A stretch of 64,000 nt of DNA from the human T2T-CHM13v2.0 reference genome, Homo sapiens: NCBI RefSeq assembly GCF_009914755.1, contig NC_060925.1, one strand, 5' to 3'. Shown piece after piece: positions 33,920-50,414 of this stretch. The notes under the pieces were generated by a model. It was not told the DNA's origin. It ran no database searches and saw only the letters and a list, made by a program, of their open reading frames with translations. Made by a program: the position numbers and the translations under genes. The stretch's first letter is position 1. Each line of letters starts with the position of its first letter.

Positions 33920-35649
33920 TTACTATTTGCTCTATATTTATCTGTAGTGTTTGCATCTTTGTAGAAATGTGTTCATATCATTTGTGTAATTTTAAAGTAA
34001 TAGTAATATAGGGGGGAAAGTGTAAGAATAGAGGAAGATCTGAAAAGATACACAACAAAATTATAAGTGGTTTCCACCAGGGGAGAGGGATTGGGGCTTG
34101 AGGTGATGGGTCATTTTCTCCATTTCCTTTATATTCTTTGGCATTGACTTTTTTCTTTCATAATGCCCACACATGAACTACCTTCATAATTAAAACAGCA
34201 ACATCAAAAGCCCAGGCTGGTTGGTAGTAGCCTCTGCTTTTCACCAGTCCTCTCCTGTCTCTCCACACTAGCTCTCTGTTCTCTTATGTAAGGATCCTAC
34301 TCACATCGAAAGCCCAGAAACTCAAAGCCCTAGATAATACCAGCCTCGTTTCTCCTTTTACCAAAGAGGATGAAACTGAGATGCTGAGACACAACCTCCG
34401 GGCTGCGAAAGTGGACTCAGGTGACCTGGATCCTAAGCCCCTCCTCTCCCACCTTCAATTTCCAGAGATAACCCCTAAGAGAGGGAGAGCCAAGGGCTGT
34501 TTCCACCAGGCTAGGGAGGTCAGGACTTGGAGGGCGGCCAGCCAGGCAGCATGGCCGGTGAAGCCGCAAATTAATGTTATCAATGTAGCATCAAATGAGG
34601 GAACAACAAACCCCATCATTTGCTGAGTTCCCTCTGGGCTCCGCTTCAAGCTCCCTTCCTAGACAATGGCTGGTCACAGACCCACGCAGACGCTGCCAGG
34701 TTTTCCAGAGAGACAGCGACAGAGCACTGGGCCAAATTGGCCTCTGGTGGCCAGCACACTGGGATTCACCTCTAATGACTTATCCCCTCCAAGGAGGCAG
34801 CCTGGGAACCCTCCCAGGGCGCAGGAGCAGTGCACTGGAAGATCTTTCGCTCTGAAGCAGGAGGCAACTGTGGTGTAGTAGGGGTAGGGCACTGGCTTGG
34901 AAGCAGGAAACTGGGGTTTCAGGATCCAGTACTGCCACGGTCTTGTTTTGTTACCCTGGCAACTCACCAGATCCTGTGAGTCTGGGAGTCAGGGGGTCAG
35001 GGGGGTGGGGGGCAAACAGGGACCTCAGTTTCTGGGGGAGAAAGGGTGGTGTCAAGCCCCCTCCCCCATCATGGCTGTTTCAGAATCCTAGATGTTGGTG
35101 GAGCTGCTGTTTCCTCTTCCCCAGCAGCTGCTGCCTGCCTGTCTCCATGGCAACCAGGCCAAAAGACTAATTTGCCAGGGTCCAGGCTCTGGAGCTTACC
35201 TTGTAGCTGAGTTTTCAACTAGTCTTTCAGGAAGTCAGGCCATTCCCACTCCCTAGAGCCTCTGACAGCATCCCCTAGCCATTGCATGGGAGCAGCAGGT
35301 CCTGGGCCAGCCAGAAAGAACACTCCATTTATCCCTTAGAAACCTTATCCACTCAGGAAGAGAACAAACAGCCTCATACCCTGTGGCCTTGTCATCACTG
35401 GTGATTTGTGTTTCAAAGACCCCTGTCCCTCTCTGTAGCTGCTCTGGGCTGCTAAGTAGGGATTTGTAAGAGCAGATGGCTTAGGGAATCAGTCACATGC
35501 AACGAAGTCCCCAGTCTTACCCCTTTCCATTTCCTCAGGCTTCTCCCTGCTGTCCGCTGGCCTATGGCTGGGTCCAGAAGTCCTGCTGTGGCTTGTCTGG
35601 TTCTAACCAGACCAAAACAAAAAATCTTAGGTGAGTGCAGAGACAAATG

Positions 35650-35785
35650 CATGTAGTCCCAGCGACTCGGGAAGCTGAGTTGGGAGGATCGCGTGAGCCC
35701 AGGAGTTCCAGGCTGTCATGCATCACCATCACACCTGTGAATAGCCACTACGCTCCAGCCTAGGCAACATAGGCAAAAAAAAAAA
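35650..35785 (+). mobile_element. Fossil Alu monomer (FAM/7SL-derived)
   Basis: Retains the 7SL-type CCTGTGAATAGCCACT...CCAGCCTAGGCAACATAG 3' segment absent from dimeric Alus, then an A tail. Confidence 0.65.
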
Positions 35786-36807
35786 TCACAAAAATCACCT
35801 TTCTTAGAAGGTCATCGAGGGTCTGGCAGGCAGAGTCTCACAGATTTTTTCCCTGGACCTGGTATAATTTGCCTAACTGTATTGGCTTCCCCCAGGGCCA
35901 CTGCAAATTGAACAGCTATCTTTTTCTATGTGTGCTCTGATACCCCCGTTATAACATTCTGGAGGACAGGGATTATGTGGCCTGTCCATTCTCAGGACAT
36001 GGCCCACTGCCTTGTACACAGTACATGGGTTCATGAACATGTCAACAGCACAGAAGCACATTTATGCACCAACCAAAAAATTTGACTGGAGTCAGGAGAC
36101 CTGTTCTAGGCCTGGCCCTGCAGTGAACTTGCCGTACAGGTTTGAGCAAATCTACTGCCTTTTCTGGGCCTTCCTATCCCACTCTGTGAAGTGAGTAAAT
36201 GGGACTGTGATCTCTAAAGGGTTCTCCTCAGCCATCTCTCCAAGAGAGAAATCTACAGAGCTCTCCGTAGGAGGAACCAGGTCAAGATCCAGAGTTCTCT
36301 TCATATAAGGTTGTAGTGCATTATGATTAAAACTAGTCCTGCTTGGACCTGGGACAGGTGGCCTGGTATATGCTGGACCCAGTGGAAACCAACTCCTGCC
36401 ATGGTGGCTAGGCTGAAGCCCTGCCTGATGGGGAGAGTTACACCAGTCAGCAGCAAACCAATGCAACTGGACCCTTCTGCTCTCAGGAACCACCAATAAC
36501 CAACACCAGGTGCTCACAGAGAAGGTGGGACCCTGGAACTCGGGTCAAAACCTGGACTGCACTGCACTGAGTTGGAAGCCTAAGGTCCCAGCACACGTCC
36601 AGCTAGCAGCTGAGATCATTTCCTAAAAATCTTGCTTCCCGTGGGGCCTCACAGCAAAGCTCTATCGCTGAGATCATTTACGTGGGCTTCTTCCTTGCAG
36701 CCCAGAGAGGCAAACCAGTACACACAGATGTACACACCTAAACATGTCCCAAAAAGAACTCCAGGATGACCAGCAGCCTCCGTTCCCACAATAAGAAATA
36801 GCCATCA

Positions 36808-37227
<420 letters not shown>

Positions 37228-38282
37228 CTACTCATCCTCCTCTTGTGGGGTCTTCTCTGGCTCCAACTGTTGCTCACTGCCCCCCAACCCCACATTCCAC
37301 AGCATCTGTGGGCACCTCAATGCAGGGCTCCCTGGCTGTGGTCACCTCTTTAAAAGGCCTCACACCAGCTGGGTGCAGTGGCTTATGCCTGCAGTCCCAA
37401 CACTTCGGGAGGCCAAGGTGGGAAGATCGCTGAGGCCAGGAGCTCAGGACAAGCCTGGGCAACAGAGTGAGACCCTGTTTCTATAAGATATTTAAAAATT
37501 AGTTGGATGCAGTGGTGCAAGCCTGCATTCTTCCTAGCTACTCAGAGGCTGAGGCGGGAGGATTGCTTGAGCCCTGAGCCCAGGAGTTTGAGACCAATCT
37601 CAGCAACACAGGGAGACCCCATCTCTACAAAAAACTAAAAAAAAAAAAAAAAAAAAAAATTAGCCAAGTGTGGTGGTAGACACCCATGGTCCCAGCTGAT
37701 TGGGAGACTGGGGTGAGAGGATCACTTAAGCCTGGAAGGTCAAGGCTGCAGTGAGTTATGATTGCGCCACTGCGATCGAGCCTGGGTGACAGAGGGAGAC
37801 CCTGTCTCAAAACAAAACAAAAATAAAAGGCCTCCCATCTATGTGTCATAATTATTGGTTTGAATCTGTCTCTCCTCCCTTTGAATTCCTCAAAGCTTGG
37901 GGACTCCCTTGTGTCCCCACTACCTAATGCAGAGTCTGGCGCAGGGAATGTATTCAACATTTTTTTAGCATTGCGTGAATGAATGAAAGAAATGAAAGAA
38001 GCAACCTGAGGGCCACCAGCTCTCATTTTTGTATGAAGATGTTCAGAATCATGCTTTGGGTTTGTATTGTACTTTTGACATTCTCAAGCTGTTTCTGATA
38101 TTGCTTGTTTCATTTGATTCACATCATCACCAGAAGGTAGGCAGGGAAGGGAACATGACTCCCTATAGCTGACAAGGACCCCAGACACAGGTACAGTGAC
38201 CTGCTCAAGGTCACAGGAGAGATGGCAGCAGTTGGTGGAGCATTCCTACCTCTTTATCTGACGCTGGGGCCCCCTTCACTGC

Positions 38283-38641
38283 TGATATGGTTGGCTGTGT
38301 CCCCACCCAAATCTCATCTTGAATTGTAGTTCCCATAATTCTCACGTGTTTTGGGAGGGCCTGGGTGGAGATAATTGAACCATGGGGGCAGTTCCCCCAT
38401 ACTGTTCTCATGGTAGTGAATAAGTCTCATGAGATCTGATGGTTTTATAAGGGGAGACCCCTCTCACTTGGCTCTCATTTTCTTTCTTGTTCTCTGCCAC
38501 GTAAGATACGTCTTTCACCTTCCACCATGATTGTGAGGCCTCCCCAGCCACATGGAACTGAGTCCATTAAACCTCTTTTACTTTATAAATTACCCAGTCT
38601 TGGGTATGTCTTTATAAGCAGCTTGAGAATGGACTAATTCA
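38283..38641 (+). mobile_element. THE1/MST (MaLR) solo LTR
   Basis: TGATATGGTTGGCTGTGTCCCCACCCAAATCTCATCTTG ... GGACTAATTCA with perfect 5-bp TSD ACTGC (38278-38282, 38642-38646). Confidence 0.9.
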
Positions 38642-40432
38642 ACTGCCTTCCTGATGTTCCTGTAAACCTCCCATATAAAAGTTGTATCAGGAAAAGGAGA
38701 GAAGCTTTGTCTCCAAGGATCCATTGACCCACTTGGGGGAACCACTCCTTCTTAGCAAAAATCCAAACCCACACCCCCAAGGAAGGAAGGAAGCATCTGT
38801 AACAGTAGATGCACTGGTCTCAGAGCCAGCAAACTGAGCTCTGGTCTTAAGATTTCTACTCTCTAATCATTTGATCTTGGATAGTTTGCTTACTTTCTCT
38901 GAGTCTCAGTTTCCTGAGAAGTGACAAGTGCCTGCTTCTCAGGGCTGACGGGACTCTATGCCCTGTAAAGTATCATATGCATGTGAGGGGAAAGACAAAA
39001 ATGACATGGCACACACAAAGCAGGGTATCCGATCCAGGCTAGGTTGTGCCCTAGATGGAGCCCAGTGTGCAGAGATCACTGGCACAGCCACGGGGCAGGC
39101 TGCCCTCTGTCACACTCTTCCACTTCTCCTTCCATTGCCCTATGTCCTACTAAGGGAGAGCAGGGTAGACAGTTTCACTTCCACCTGCAAGAAGGCATTT
39201 TCCTAAATTATTTGACAGCATAAAAATGATCTGGGCCGGGCACCAGCCTGGCCAACATGGTGAAACCCCATCTCTACTAAAAATACAAAAATTAGCTGGG
39301 CATGATGGCGGGCGCCTATAATCCCAGCTACTCAGGAGGTTGAGGCAGAATTGCTTGAACACAGGAGGTGGAGGTTGCAGTGAGCCGAGATCACGCTACT
39401 GCACTCCAGCCTGGGCAATAGAGCAAGACTCCGTCTCTGGGGAAAAAAAAAATGATCTGCTTACTGGTAGCTTATAGATCCCCCAGGCTCTGACCAGCCT
39501 CCCCACATTACCCTGTGGCCATTTTGCTACTTAGTTTTCCCTCCATGGGACAGGTAGGGGGCACATAACCCATAGCACTGACCCTGCCTATCTTTATCTT
39601 TATCCCTCAGGGCCTGAGGGACAATTACTTGTCTGAAGGCCCCAGAAAAAGCCACACTCCCCTCTTCAGTTACTCATCATTAAATCTTATAAGGCTTTGA
39701 GGAGGATAAAATGAAATCACTGGCTGCGGTGACAATTTACGCCCTCTCTCTGGAAATGGCCAGCTGCTATACCACAATTATTTTTTATTATGTTCCCATT
39801 ATTTAAGGTCATGAGTTCAGTCTCTGTTCTTACACAGTTAACTTTATCCAGAGGTGGGAAGATCTATTCCAAAACTGTAGACAGACGGTGCCACTCCTTC
39901 TAGCCAGCACCACTCCCAAAGTACTGTGTAGTAAATGTTTGCTCGCCTGTCCTATCCATAAGCCAATAAACTCCTCGAAGGTGAGGAATCTGCCTTATTC
40001 ATATAAGCACTTCCTGTAACGGGCATAATGCTGGCATACTGTGGACATTCAATAATTAGAGCTACTGTGTACTGCACAGTGTGCTAAGCATGTTTTATAT
40101 ATCATCTTGTTTATATATCATCCTTACAATAATGCTGCCGAGTGGAAATACTATTATTATTCCTGTTTTACACATAAGGAAACTGAGACTCAGAAAGTCG
40201 AAGTAACTTGTCCAGGGTAACATGGCTAGGAAGTAGCAGAATCAGGATTGGATAGAGACTGACTAGCTTCAGAATCTTTTTTCTTACCGTTTCTTATAGC
40301 TGGCTCAGTGCCATCCACCTCCACTGCTGGAAACCAAAAATCCTTTGCTTTGGCTGGGCACGGTGGCTCATGCCTGTAATCCCAGCACTCTGGGAGGCCG
40401 AGGCGGGTAGATTGCCTGAGGTCAGGAGTTCA

Positions 40433-40744
<312 letters not shown>

Positions 40745-42129
40745 TCATACCCTTTCTGTTTTCCCAGTTAACCTCAGTTATTCTCCTGTTTTCCCAACGG
40801 CAGAATAAAGGATTTACTTTTTTTCCCTAGTGCCTTTCCTTACACTTGATGTCTGCAATAGTGGGTGGCAAGGATTTCTTATCACGTGCACAGAGGCTAA
40901 CTGAAAAGGAGAAATTCATAATGATTAAAATAATGAAGCAGTTGAGGGACACCTCAGGCTCCAGCCTGTCCTCAGGGGAGCCTCACATCCTAATCTGGAC
41001 TGCGCCACTGGCTCCCTCCCCAGCGGGGCTCATTTGCCTGTCTGTAAAATGATGATAATAATGCTGACCTTTCTCATGGGAAGAAGAAGGAGAGGAGATA
41101 TGTGGGAGGAGTTAAGGCTTTGGACAGGAGAAGATTAGAGATGAAAAGCACGAGTTTCAGGCTGGTTTCTGAGCATGACATCATTCCTTTCAGGAGTCGA
41201 GTCTCTTTTAATTCATGTTTATGAAGCTGCTTTTTGGAGTTCCTTGAATTCCCCATTTTGCTAATTTTCCACATCCTATAATAAGAGTCAAAGAAGGGGA
41301 GACTGAAGTCCAGAGGTTGCTGAGATTCAAGGATTCAAGCCTTTGCCAGGAGACATGAGGGACCCAAAGGCTCACAAAGCCTCCCTAGCCCTCACCAAGC
41401 AATGAAGAGTGGGGAAAATAAAAGCGGAAATTGTGGTGACAGCCTGGAAGGTGGCTTCGGCTAGCTCGTGGGTAGGAGAATGCCCTGTTGGAAGACAAAC
41501 AGGTCACAGGGAGGGAGGCTCACTAGGAGCTTGGGAGGGGTCTTTTGTCACCTGACTATCCCTCCAGGTCCAGGCATGGACTGCTAAAGCAAGCACTGTC
41601 GACTGAGGACGTGTGGGCTCGGCGAAGATAAAAATGGTATTTATCAGAAGAGAGAAAAATGTATTCAGCTCTCAGTTATGATTTAGACGCAGCCGTGGGC
41701 AGCATAGCAATGAGCTCCTTATTTTAAGCAAGCGGCAGAGAGATGAAAATAGATCAAGTGTGTTGAATCAAGCCAGGTTTTTGCAATCAGTGAACTAGAT
41801 TTAAGACCACACCTTCATCAGGCAGGGAGTAGAGAGAACTATGAGGAGTCTTTATTAAAAATGAAAACCCTCTGTTTTCAGAGAGGGGTGTTCACACTGC
41901 CGCAGAGTGAATTCCATCTAAATCATGGCTACAGAAGTTCAGATTTTATCTTGGGGCTGGACTCAGGAAGGGAAGGAGAGCTCCAGTCCCTCCCCTTGGG
42001 CCTGTGGACCCAAGTAAGACCCTTCAAGAACACAGGAACCCTGGACTGGTTGGGCCCTCATGATTATCTAGCAAAAGCTATGACAATGGTTCCCATTTAT
42101 ATATTTCACACACGCACACACATATATAA

Positions 42130-42414
<285 letters not shown>

Positions 42415-42432
42415 TGAGCCACCATGCCTGGC

Positions 42433-42801
42433 AGAACCTGCGGATTTTCTAAGGGATCATTGCGTTGCTTTTTGTCGAAGGCGGCATGCATTTCTGTCAG
42501 CTTTCCAACAGAAAATCAGGAGAGAGGTTCTTCAACATTCACTTATTCACTGAATATTCATTTATTCGTTTATTTGCTTATTGTCTGTTTTCATCCCCTA
42601 GAACCCAGGCTCCATGAGGGTAAATATTTTTTACCGGTATCCCTGGTACCTAGAAGAATGTCTGGAAAATTAATGAGTATTCAGTGAATAAGTGAATGTT
42701 GAATAGCCTCTCGCCTGATTTTCTGTTGGAAAGCTGACGGAAATGCACGCCGCTTTTGATAAACAGCAACACAATGATCTTTTAGAAAACCTGCAGGTTC
42801 T
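42433..42801. repeat. 134-bp inverted repeat (arms 42433-42566 and 42668-42801, 101-nt spacer)
   Basis: Manual ungapped alignment 118/134 identical; the ORF track shows near-identical peptides on opposite strands (SKAACISVSFPTENQ). Confidence 0.95.
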
Positions 42802-43109
42802 AGATTCTGATACAGTGAGAGAGTAAACAGGCAGCAGGGCTGCTTTTTGGAAGAAAGGGCATTTATAGGAGAAGATGGCATCCAAGCTGCCAAAGTCAGT
42901 GAGATGCAGGCACAAGGTGCCAGTTCACAGGTTAGTCTGAGTGCATACACAGACCTGTGAGCAAGAAGAGAAAGCAGGTAACTAGAGATGCTGGCACAGA
43001 CAGCGGAGTTTAGCCTCTGGGAGGCAGCAACAAAGCCATTCCACAGTTCTCTTTGGCATGGGTTCTGTGCTTGCCACCAATAATTTTTTTTCTTCATGTA
43101 GGAAGATAA

Positions 43110-43402
<293 letters not shown>

Positions 43403-43940
43403 TGAGCTCAAGCGATCCTCCTGCCTCACCCTCTTAAAGTTCTGGGATTATAGACGTGAGCCACCATGCCAGGCCCAAAGCCACTTTAAAGCAGTATTCT
43501 TTAACTTGTCCAAACTGGTAACTTGGGGCAAGATTCTTGACCTCAGTGGGGATTAAATGAGGTAATTAATGCATGCAGTATAATGCCTGGAACTTGGGGC
43601 TCACACGATGTTCACTATTAAATTCTGAAAATATAGTAAACAGTATGAACTGTCTCTCCAGAAAATACACATTTGATCACACATTCAAAATTTTGCATAC
43701 AATATCAGAAGAAAAGAGCACTGCAGAGGTCTGTTGAACTAAGGGTTAAGAACAAGTGCTGGGCTGGACACGGTGGCTCCTGCCTATAATCCCAGCACTT
43801 TGGGAGGCCAAGGCGTGGTGTGGATCACTTGAGGTCAGGAGGTCAAGACCAGCCTAGCCAACATGGAGAGACCCCCGTCTCTATAAAAATACAAAAATTA
43901 GGCAGGCGTGGTGGCACGTACCTGTAATCCCAGCTACTCA

Positions 43941-44111
<171 letters not shown>

Positions 44112-44748
44112 TCATTGGAGCATCTTCACACACCTAAAGTAGCAATGCACTGATGGAACAGGGGTTAGCAAACCTTGGAAGCCCAGAAATAGTGTTACAG
44201 AGGCAAATATAGGCTGTCCCCTTTCAAGCAGCGCTAAGGAGGGGTGCCCTGCCCGAGAACCCGTGTGCCTGTCTCTGGTAGCAGTGGTTTAAGTCCTGCT
44301 ATGGAGATGTGCACAGCAGGGCTTACCCTGGTATCTTTAACATTGGGATCATGTCTCTTAATTTCCCTTGCTTCACATCACAAGTCAATCTTCCAATTAG
44401 AATGTGGCTTTGCCTGTGAAGGGCTGTAGGGAGAGGAAACTCAGGCTAGGGGCAGGGGTCTTGGATCCTCTGGTTACATTTCTCATTGTACATTAGTTGG
44501 CCGGCACTCCAGGTTTGTGGAAAGCTCTGTGAGTATGGCTAAGCCCTGTTCCTCAGCAGCACGCATATCAGTTTTCTATGCCCGCAGAGCTCCTTGGGTG
44601 ATGGCCAGGAAACCCTAATGTGCTGAGATTGAGAGCTCTTACTTCTTATTGAATTTTCTTATGAGTAATTTCTCTCATAGGAATCTACTCAAAGGAAAAA
44701 CTAAAAGTTCAGAAGTACACGTGTACTTACAAAAGATGTCCAGTGTAG

Positions 44749-45012
<264 letters not shown>

Positions 45013-45115
45013 TGATCTGCCTGTCTCGGCCTCCCAAAGTGCTGGGATTACAGGCGTGAGCCACCGTGCCCGGCCTATTATTATTTTTGAGACAGGGTCT
45101 TGATTTGTTGTCTAG

Positions 45116-45400
<285 letters not shown>

Positions 45401-45697
45401 TAATTTGTAGATTAACACGCAGTTGTAAGAAATAATATTGGGAGGCCGGGCGCAGTGGCTCACACCTGTAATCCCAGCACTTTGAGAGGCCAAGGCAGGT
45501 GGATCACCTGAAGTCGGGAGTTTGAGACCAGCCTGACCAACATGGAGAAACCCCGTCTCTACTAAAAATACAAAATTAGGCTGGGCGCAGTGGCTCACGC
45601 CTGTAATCCCAGCACTTTGGGAGGCCGAGACAGGTGGATCATGAGGTCAGGAGATCGAGACCATCCTGGCTAACACAGTGAAACCTCGTCTCTACTA

Positions 45698-45880
<183 letters not shown>

Positions 45881-46193
45881 TCAGGCGCAGTAGTGCATGC
45901 CCATAATCCCAGCTACTTGGGAGGATGAGGCAGGAGAATCACTTGAACCCAGGAGTCAGAGGTTGCAGTGAGCCGAGATCGTGCCGTTGTACTCCAGCCT
46001 GGGCAACAAGAGAGAGACTCTGTCTCAAAAAAAAAAAAAAAAAAAAAGAGAAAAGAAATAATATTGGGAGATCCCATATACCCTTCACCCAGTTTTCCCC
46101 AAATATAACATCTTGCATAATAACAATCAGATAATTGACATTCATATAATCCACCCACCTTATTCAGATTTCACTACTGTTCAAGTACGCATT

Positions 46194-46197
<4 letters not shown>

Positions 46198-46227
<30 letters not shown>
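46198..46227. repeat. (TG)15 microsatellite
   Basis: Counted directly. Confidence 0.9.
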
Positions 46228-46230
<3 letters not shown>

Positions 46231-46488
46231 TTAGTTCAACCAAATTTTGTCACATGTAGATTTGTGGAACCACCCTACCATAGTCATGACACAGAACAGT
46301 TCCATTACAAATAATAATGTTAACTTTTACAGGAAAAAAATAAAAATAACCTCAGCATCCAATACTGGGAAGTTGGTTACATAAATTGTGTTACAGTTAT
46401 AAAGTAAGATATTTAGTCATATAAATGTTATGTACATGAACATTAAAAATGTTTATAAAGATTGTTTAATATGGAAAAGTGCTTATGA

Positions 46489-46880
<392 letters not shown>

Positions 46881-47033
46881 TAAAAGTAGGTGCTTAAAAA
46901 GATTTGAAAATATGCTAGAAGTTTCTTTGAATGACAGGATGGCATTTGTGCTTTTCTTTGGTTGTCAGGATAGTTTGTGGTTTTCTTTTGTTTTATATTT
47001 TTGTATTTTTCAAAAATTTCTACAATAAGCATC

Positions 47034-47408
47034 TATTATGACTGAATGTGTTCCCCTAAAATGTATATGTTGAAGCCGTTAACGCCTAACGTGATGGTAT
47101 TCAGAGGTGAGGCCTTTGGGGGGTGATTAGGTTTGGATGAGGTCATCAGGCTGAGGGCTCTATGATGGGATTAATGTCCTTATAAGAAGAGGAAGAAAGA
47201 CCAGAGCTCATTCACTCTCTGCTGTGTGAGGACATAGCAAGAAGGCAGCCATATGCAAGCCAGGAAGAGGGCAACTCACCAGAAGCTTCATCAGCTGGCA
47301 CCTTGATCATGAACTTCCCAGTCTCCAGAATTAGGAGAAATAAAAGTCTGTTGTTTAAGCCACCCAGTCCATGGTATTATGCTACGGCAGCCCAAACAGA
47401 CTAAGACA
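47034..47408 (+). mobile_element. MLT1A-like (MaLR) LTR
   Basis: ACTGAATGTGTTCCCC...GGCACCTTGATCATGAACTTCCCAGTCTCCAGAA...GTTGTTTAAGCCACCCAGTC...GACTAAGACA. Confidence 0.8.
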
Positions 47409-48838
47409 GCCTGTTTCCCAAAGAGCAAGGAAATAGGGCGTGTGAGAGTAAACAGAACTAGGGGAAAGCCCAAGATAAATCAAAATAAAAACAAAATAAA
47501 AGTAGCTACTCAAGGCTGAGACCCTAAAGTGCCAAGGGACAGCTCCCTGGGGGAGGTAATCTCCTTGTTTACATGAAGGGTCCAGGGATCCAGGGGCTGT
47601 GCCCTAGCTCTCTTCCCAGCCACCTAAAAGAAGAGCTCAGAAAACGTCTTACAGGCTCTGCAGCTCCTGAGTTTTGAACTGCGGGGAGCAAGAAGGTGAG
47701 GGTATCTCTTGGGCCTCACTTTTATTTATCGAAGACAAGGAGGCAAGACAGTGGCAAGGCCTGGGACTGGGGACTGGGGACACAGACAGTCAGGTCACCC
47801 TTGCCACTTCCAGCCTCACCTTCCAGATCTGCAGTGCAGAAGGGAGAGGAAGGGGGTGTGAAGAGTGAGACAAAGGCTGGGTGGAGCATCTCCTCCATCT
47901 AACAACTGCTTAGGCAGCCACCCATGGGAGACAAATAACAGCAGAGTCTGGGCCTGGAATCTGTCCTGCCTGCGCCAGGGACCCCTCTGCCAGGAGACTG
48001 TGCCCTATCTGATAAAAGTAGTGGTCTAGGAGTTAGCTATTTGAGTCTTAGTCCAACTATGCCTCAAAGAAGCTTAGTTAGGGAAACCCAATTTGATAAA
48101 AGGAACATTTTGATATGGGAGATATTTTGTTAGAATTGAGTCAAAATATAAAATCGCTGTTTAAAAAAAAATTACCAGGCAGGTTATGAAAGACATACTC
48201 AATGTTTACTTTCTCTGATGTTCACCCTACCCCTGAGTTTCACTGGACTGTTGACCTTGACTCCATTCTTGGTTTGAACCATGCCTCTGATTCCCTCTCC
48301 ACTGCCAATCATCCCTGATTTCCAGCGTTGAGAGCTGGCATTGGGGTGGAGCTCAGAAGGGAAGGGAAGGTGTCTGCTTAGCATATGCCACTTGATGACT
48401 AAAAAATGTTATCAATTTAATCATTTGATTTTTAGGGCAAATGTCCTTCTGAATAGTGTTGTGTCGATGCATTCATAATTGAATGGCTTTTTAAAATCTG
48501 CTAAAGGTATTCGAAATGCTTTCTAAACAAAGTGAGAGATCTTAGGGAGGGATCCCAGTTTAAAAAAAAGAAAAAAAGAGGTCCCAGAGGGGAAAGAAAA
48601 AGGCAACTCCATCCCAGAAGAAATACTCTAAAGTCCTTATGAGGATATGGGTAGTCTGTCTGCCTGGAATTCTGCCCTTTGCAGGGCTTCTGCCATCCCA
48701 CATGGTTGTGGTAAACAGTCACAGCACCTTGCCTGCCTTGGCTGCATGAGGTAGGTCATGGCACAGGTATCTCAGTAGCTCTCCTGTCCACATGACTGGT
48801 CCAAGAGGTTTCCACATAATTCCACAAGAGATTGGGCC

Positions 48839-49045
48839 TGTGTTAGTCTGTTTTCTTTTGCTCTAACTGAATACCTGAGACTGGGTAATTTATAAATATT
48901 GGGAAGTCCCATGTTTAGGGGCTGCATCCAGTGAGGACCTTCTTGCTAGTGGGGACCCTCTGCAGAGTCCCAAGGTGGTGCAGGGTATCATATGGTAAGG
49001 GGGCTCACTAGAAATGGCCACAATGGCTTTTATAACAGACTCACT
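48839..49045 (-). mobile_element. MaLR (MST/MLT1) LTR fragment
   Basis: TGTGTTAGTCTGTTTTC...AATACCTGAGACTGGGTAATTTATAAA; truncated by an Alu. Confidence 0.6.
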
Positions 49046-49083
49046 CTTTTTTTTTGTTTTTGTTTTTGTTTTTGTTTTTTTGA

Positions 49084-49416
<333 letters not shown>

Positions 49417-49507
49417 TAAAGTATCTGACCTTTAGGGATAAAGGGGCTGGGCTAGGTGGCTCACACCTGTAATCCCAGCACTTTGGGAGGGTGAGACAGG
49501 CAGATCA

Positions 49508-49800
<293 letters not shown>

Positions 49801-50414
49801 TCAGATCTTCAACTGACAGAACTGCATGCTAGAAGACAAAGGAGTGAGGTCTTCAATATTCTGAGGGAAAAAATAGGAATTTGTACCTAGAATCCTCTAC
49901 TCAGCCAAATTAGCATGTGCAAACCATGTTGACTGAATTGAATTGGCCAGGGAGATGTGTTCCTTAGGAAGTCTTCTGTGTTAAGAGGGAACCAGGGTGC
50001 ACAATGAGGCCTGATAGGTGATACATAGAAGAGAAGTAAAACTAACAAACCTGAGAAATAGATCCAGCTGCTTTTAGCAGGCAGGAGGGAGAGGACGCTG
50101 GAGGAGCTTGCACAGGCGTGCAGGGAAGGTTCCTTAGAGGAATGTCAGCAGCAACGCTGGAACAGAGGGGAAGAACAGACTTGGTGGAGAGAAGGGGTGA
50201 GAAGGTATTTAACAGACTGCAGGCAGGACATGGAGGCTCATGCCTGTCATCCCAGCACTTGTGGAGGCTGAGGCTGGAGGACTGCTTGAGGCCAGGAGTT
50301 CCAGGCCAGCCTGGGCAACATAGCTGGGTGTGGTGGTGCATGACTATAGTCTTAGCTACTCAAGAGGCTGAGGTGGGAGGATCACCTGAGCCCAGAAGTT
50401 CAAGGCTTCAGTGA

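Noticed and set aside
36552-36578. CTGGACTGCACTG...GAGTTGGAAG similarity to 20147-20169
   Set aside because: Too short and gapped to distinguish from chance.
42424-42915. Two similar peptides on opposite strands suggesting paralogous genes
   Set aside because: Explained by the DNA inverted repeat; one ORF starts in an Alu.
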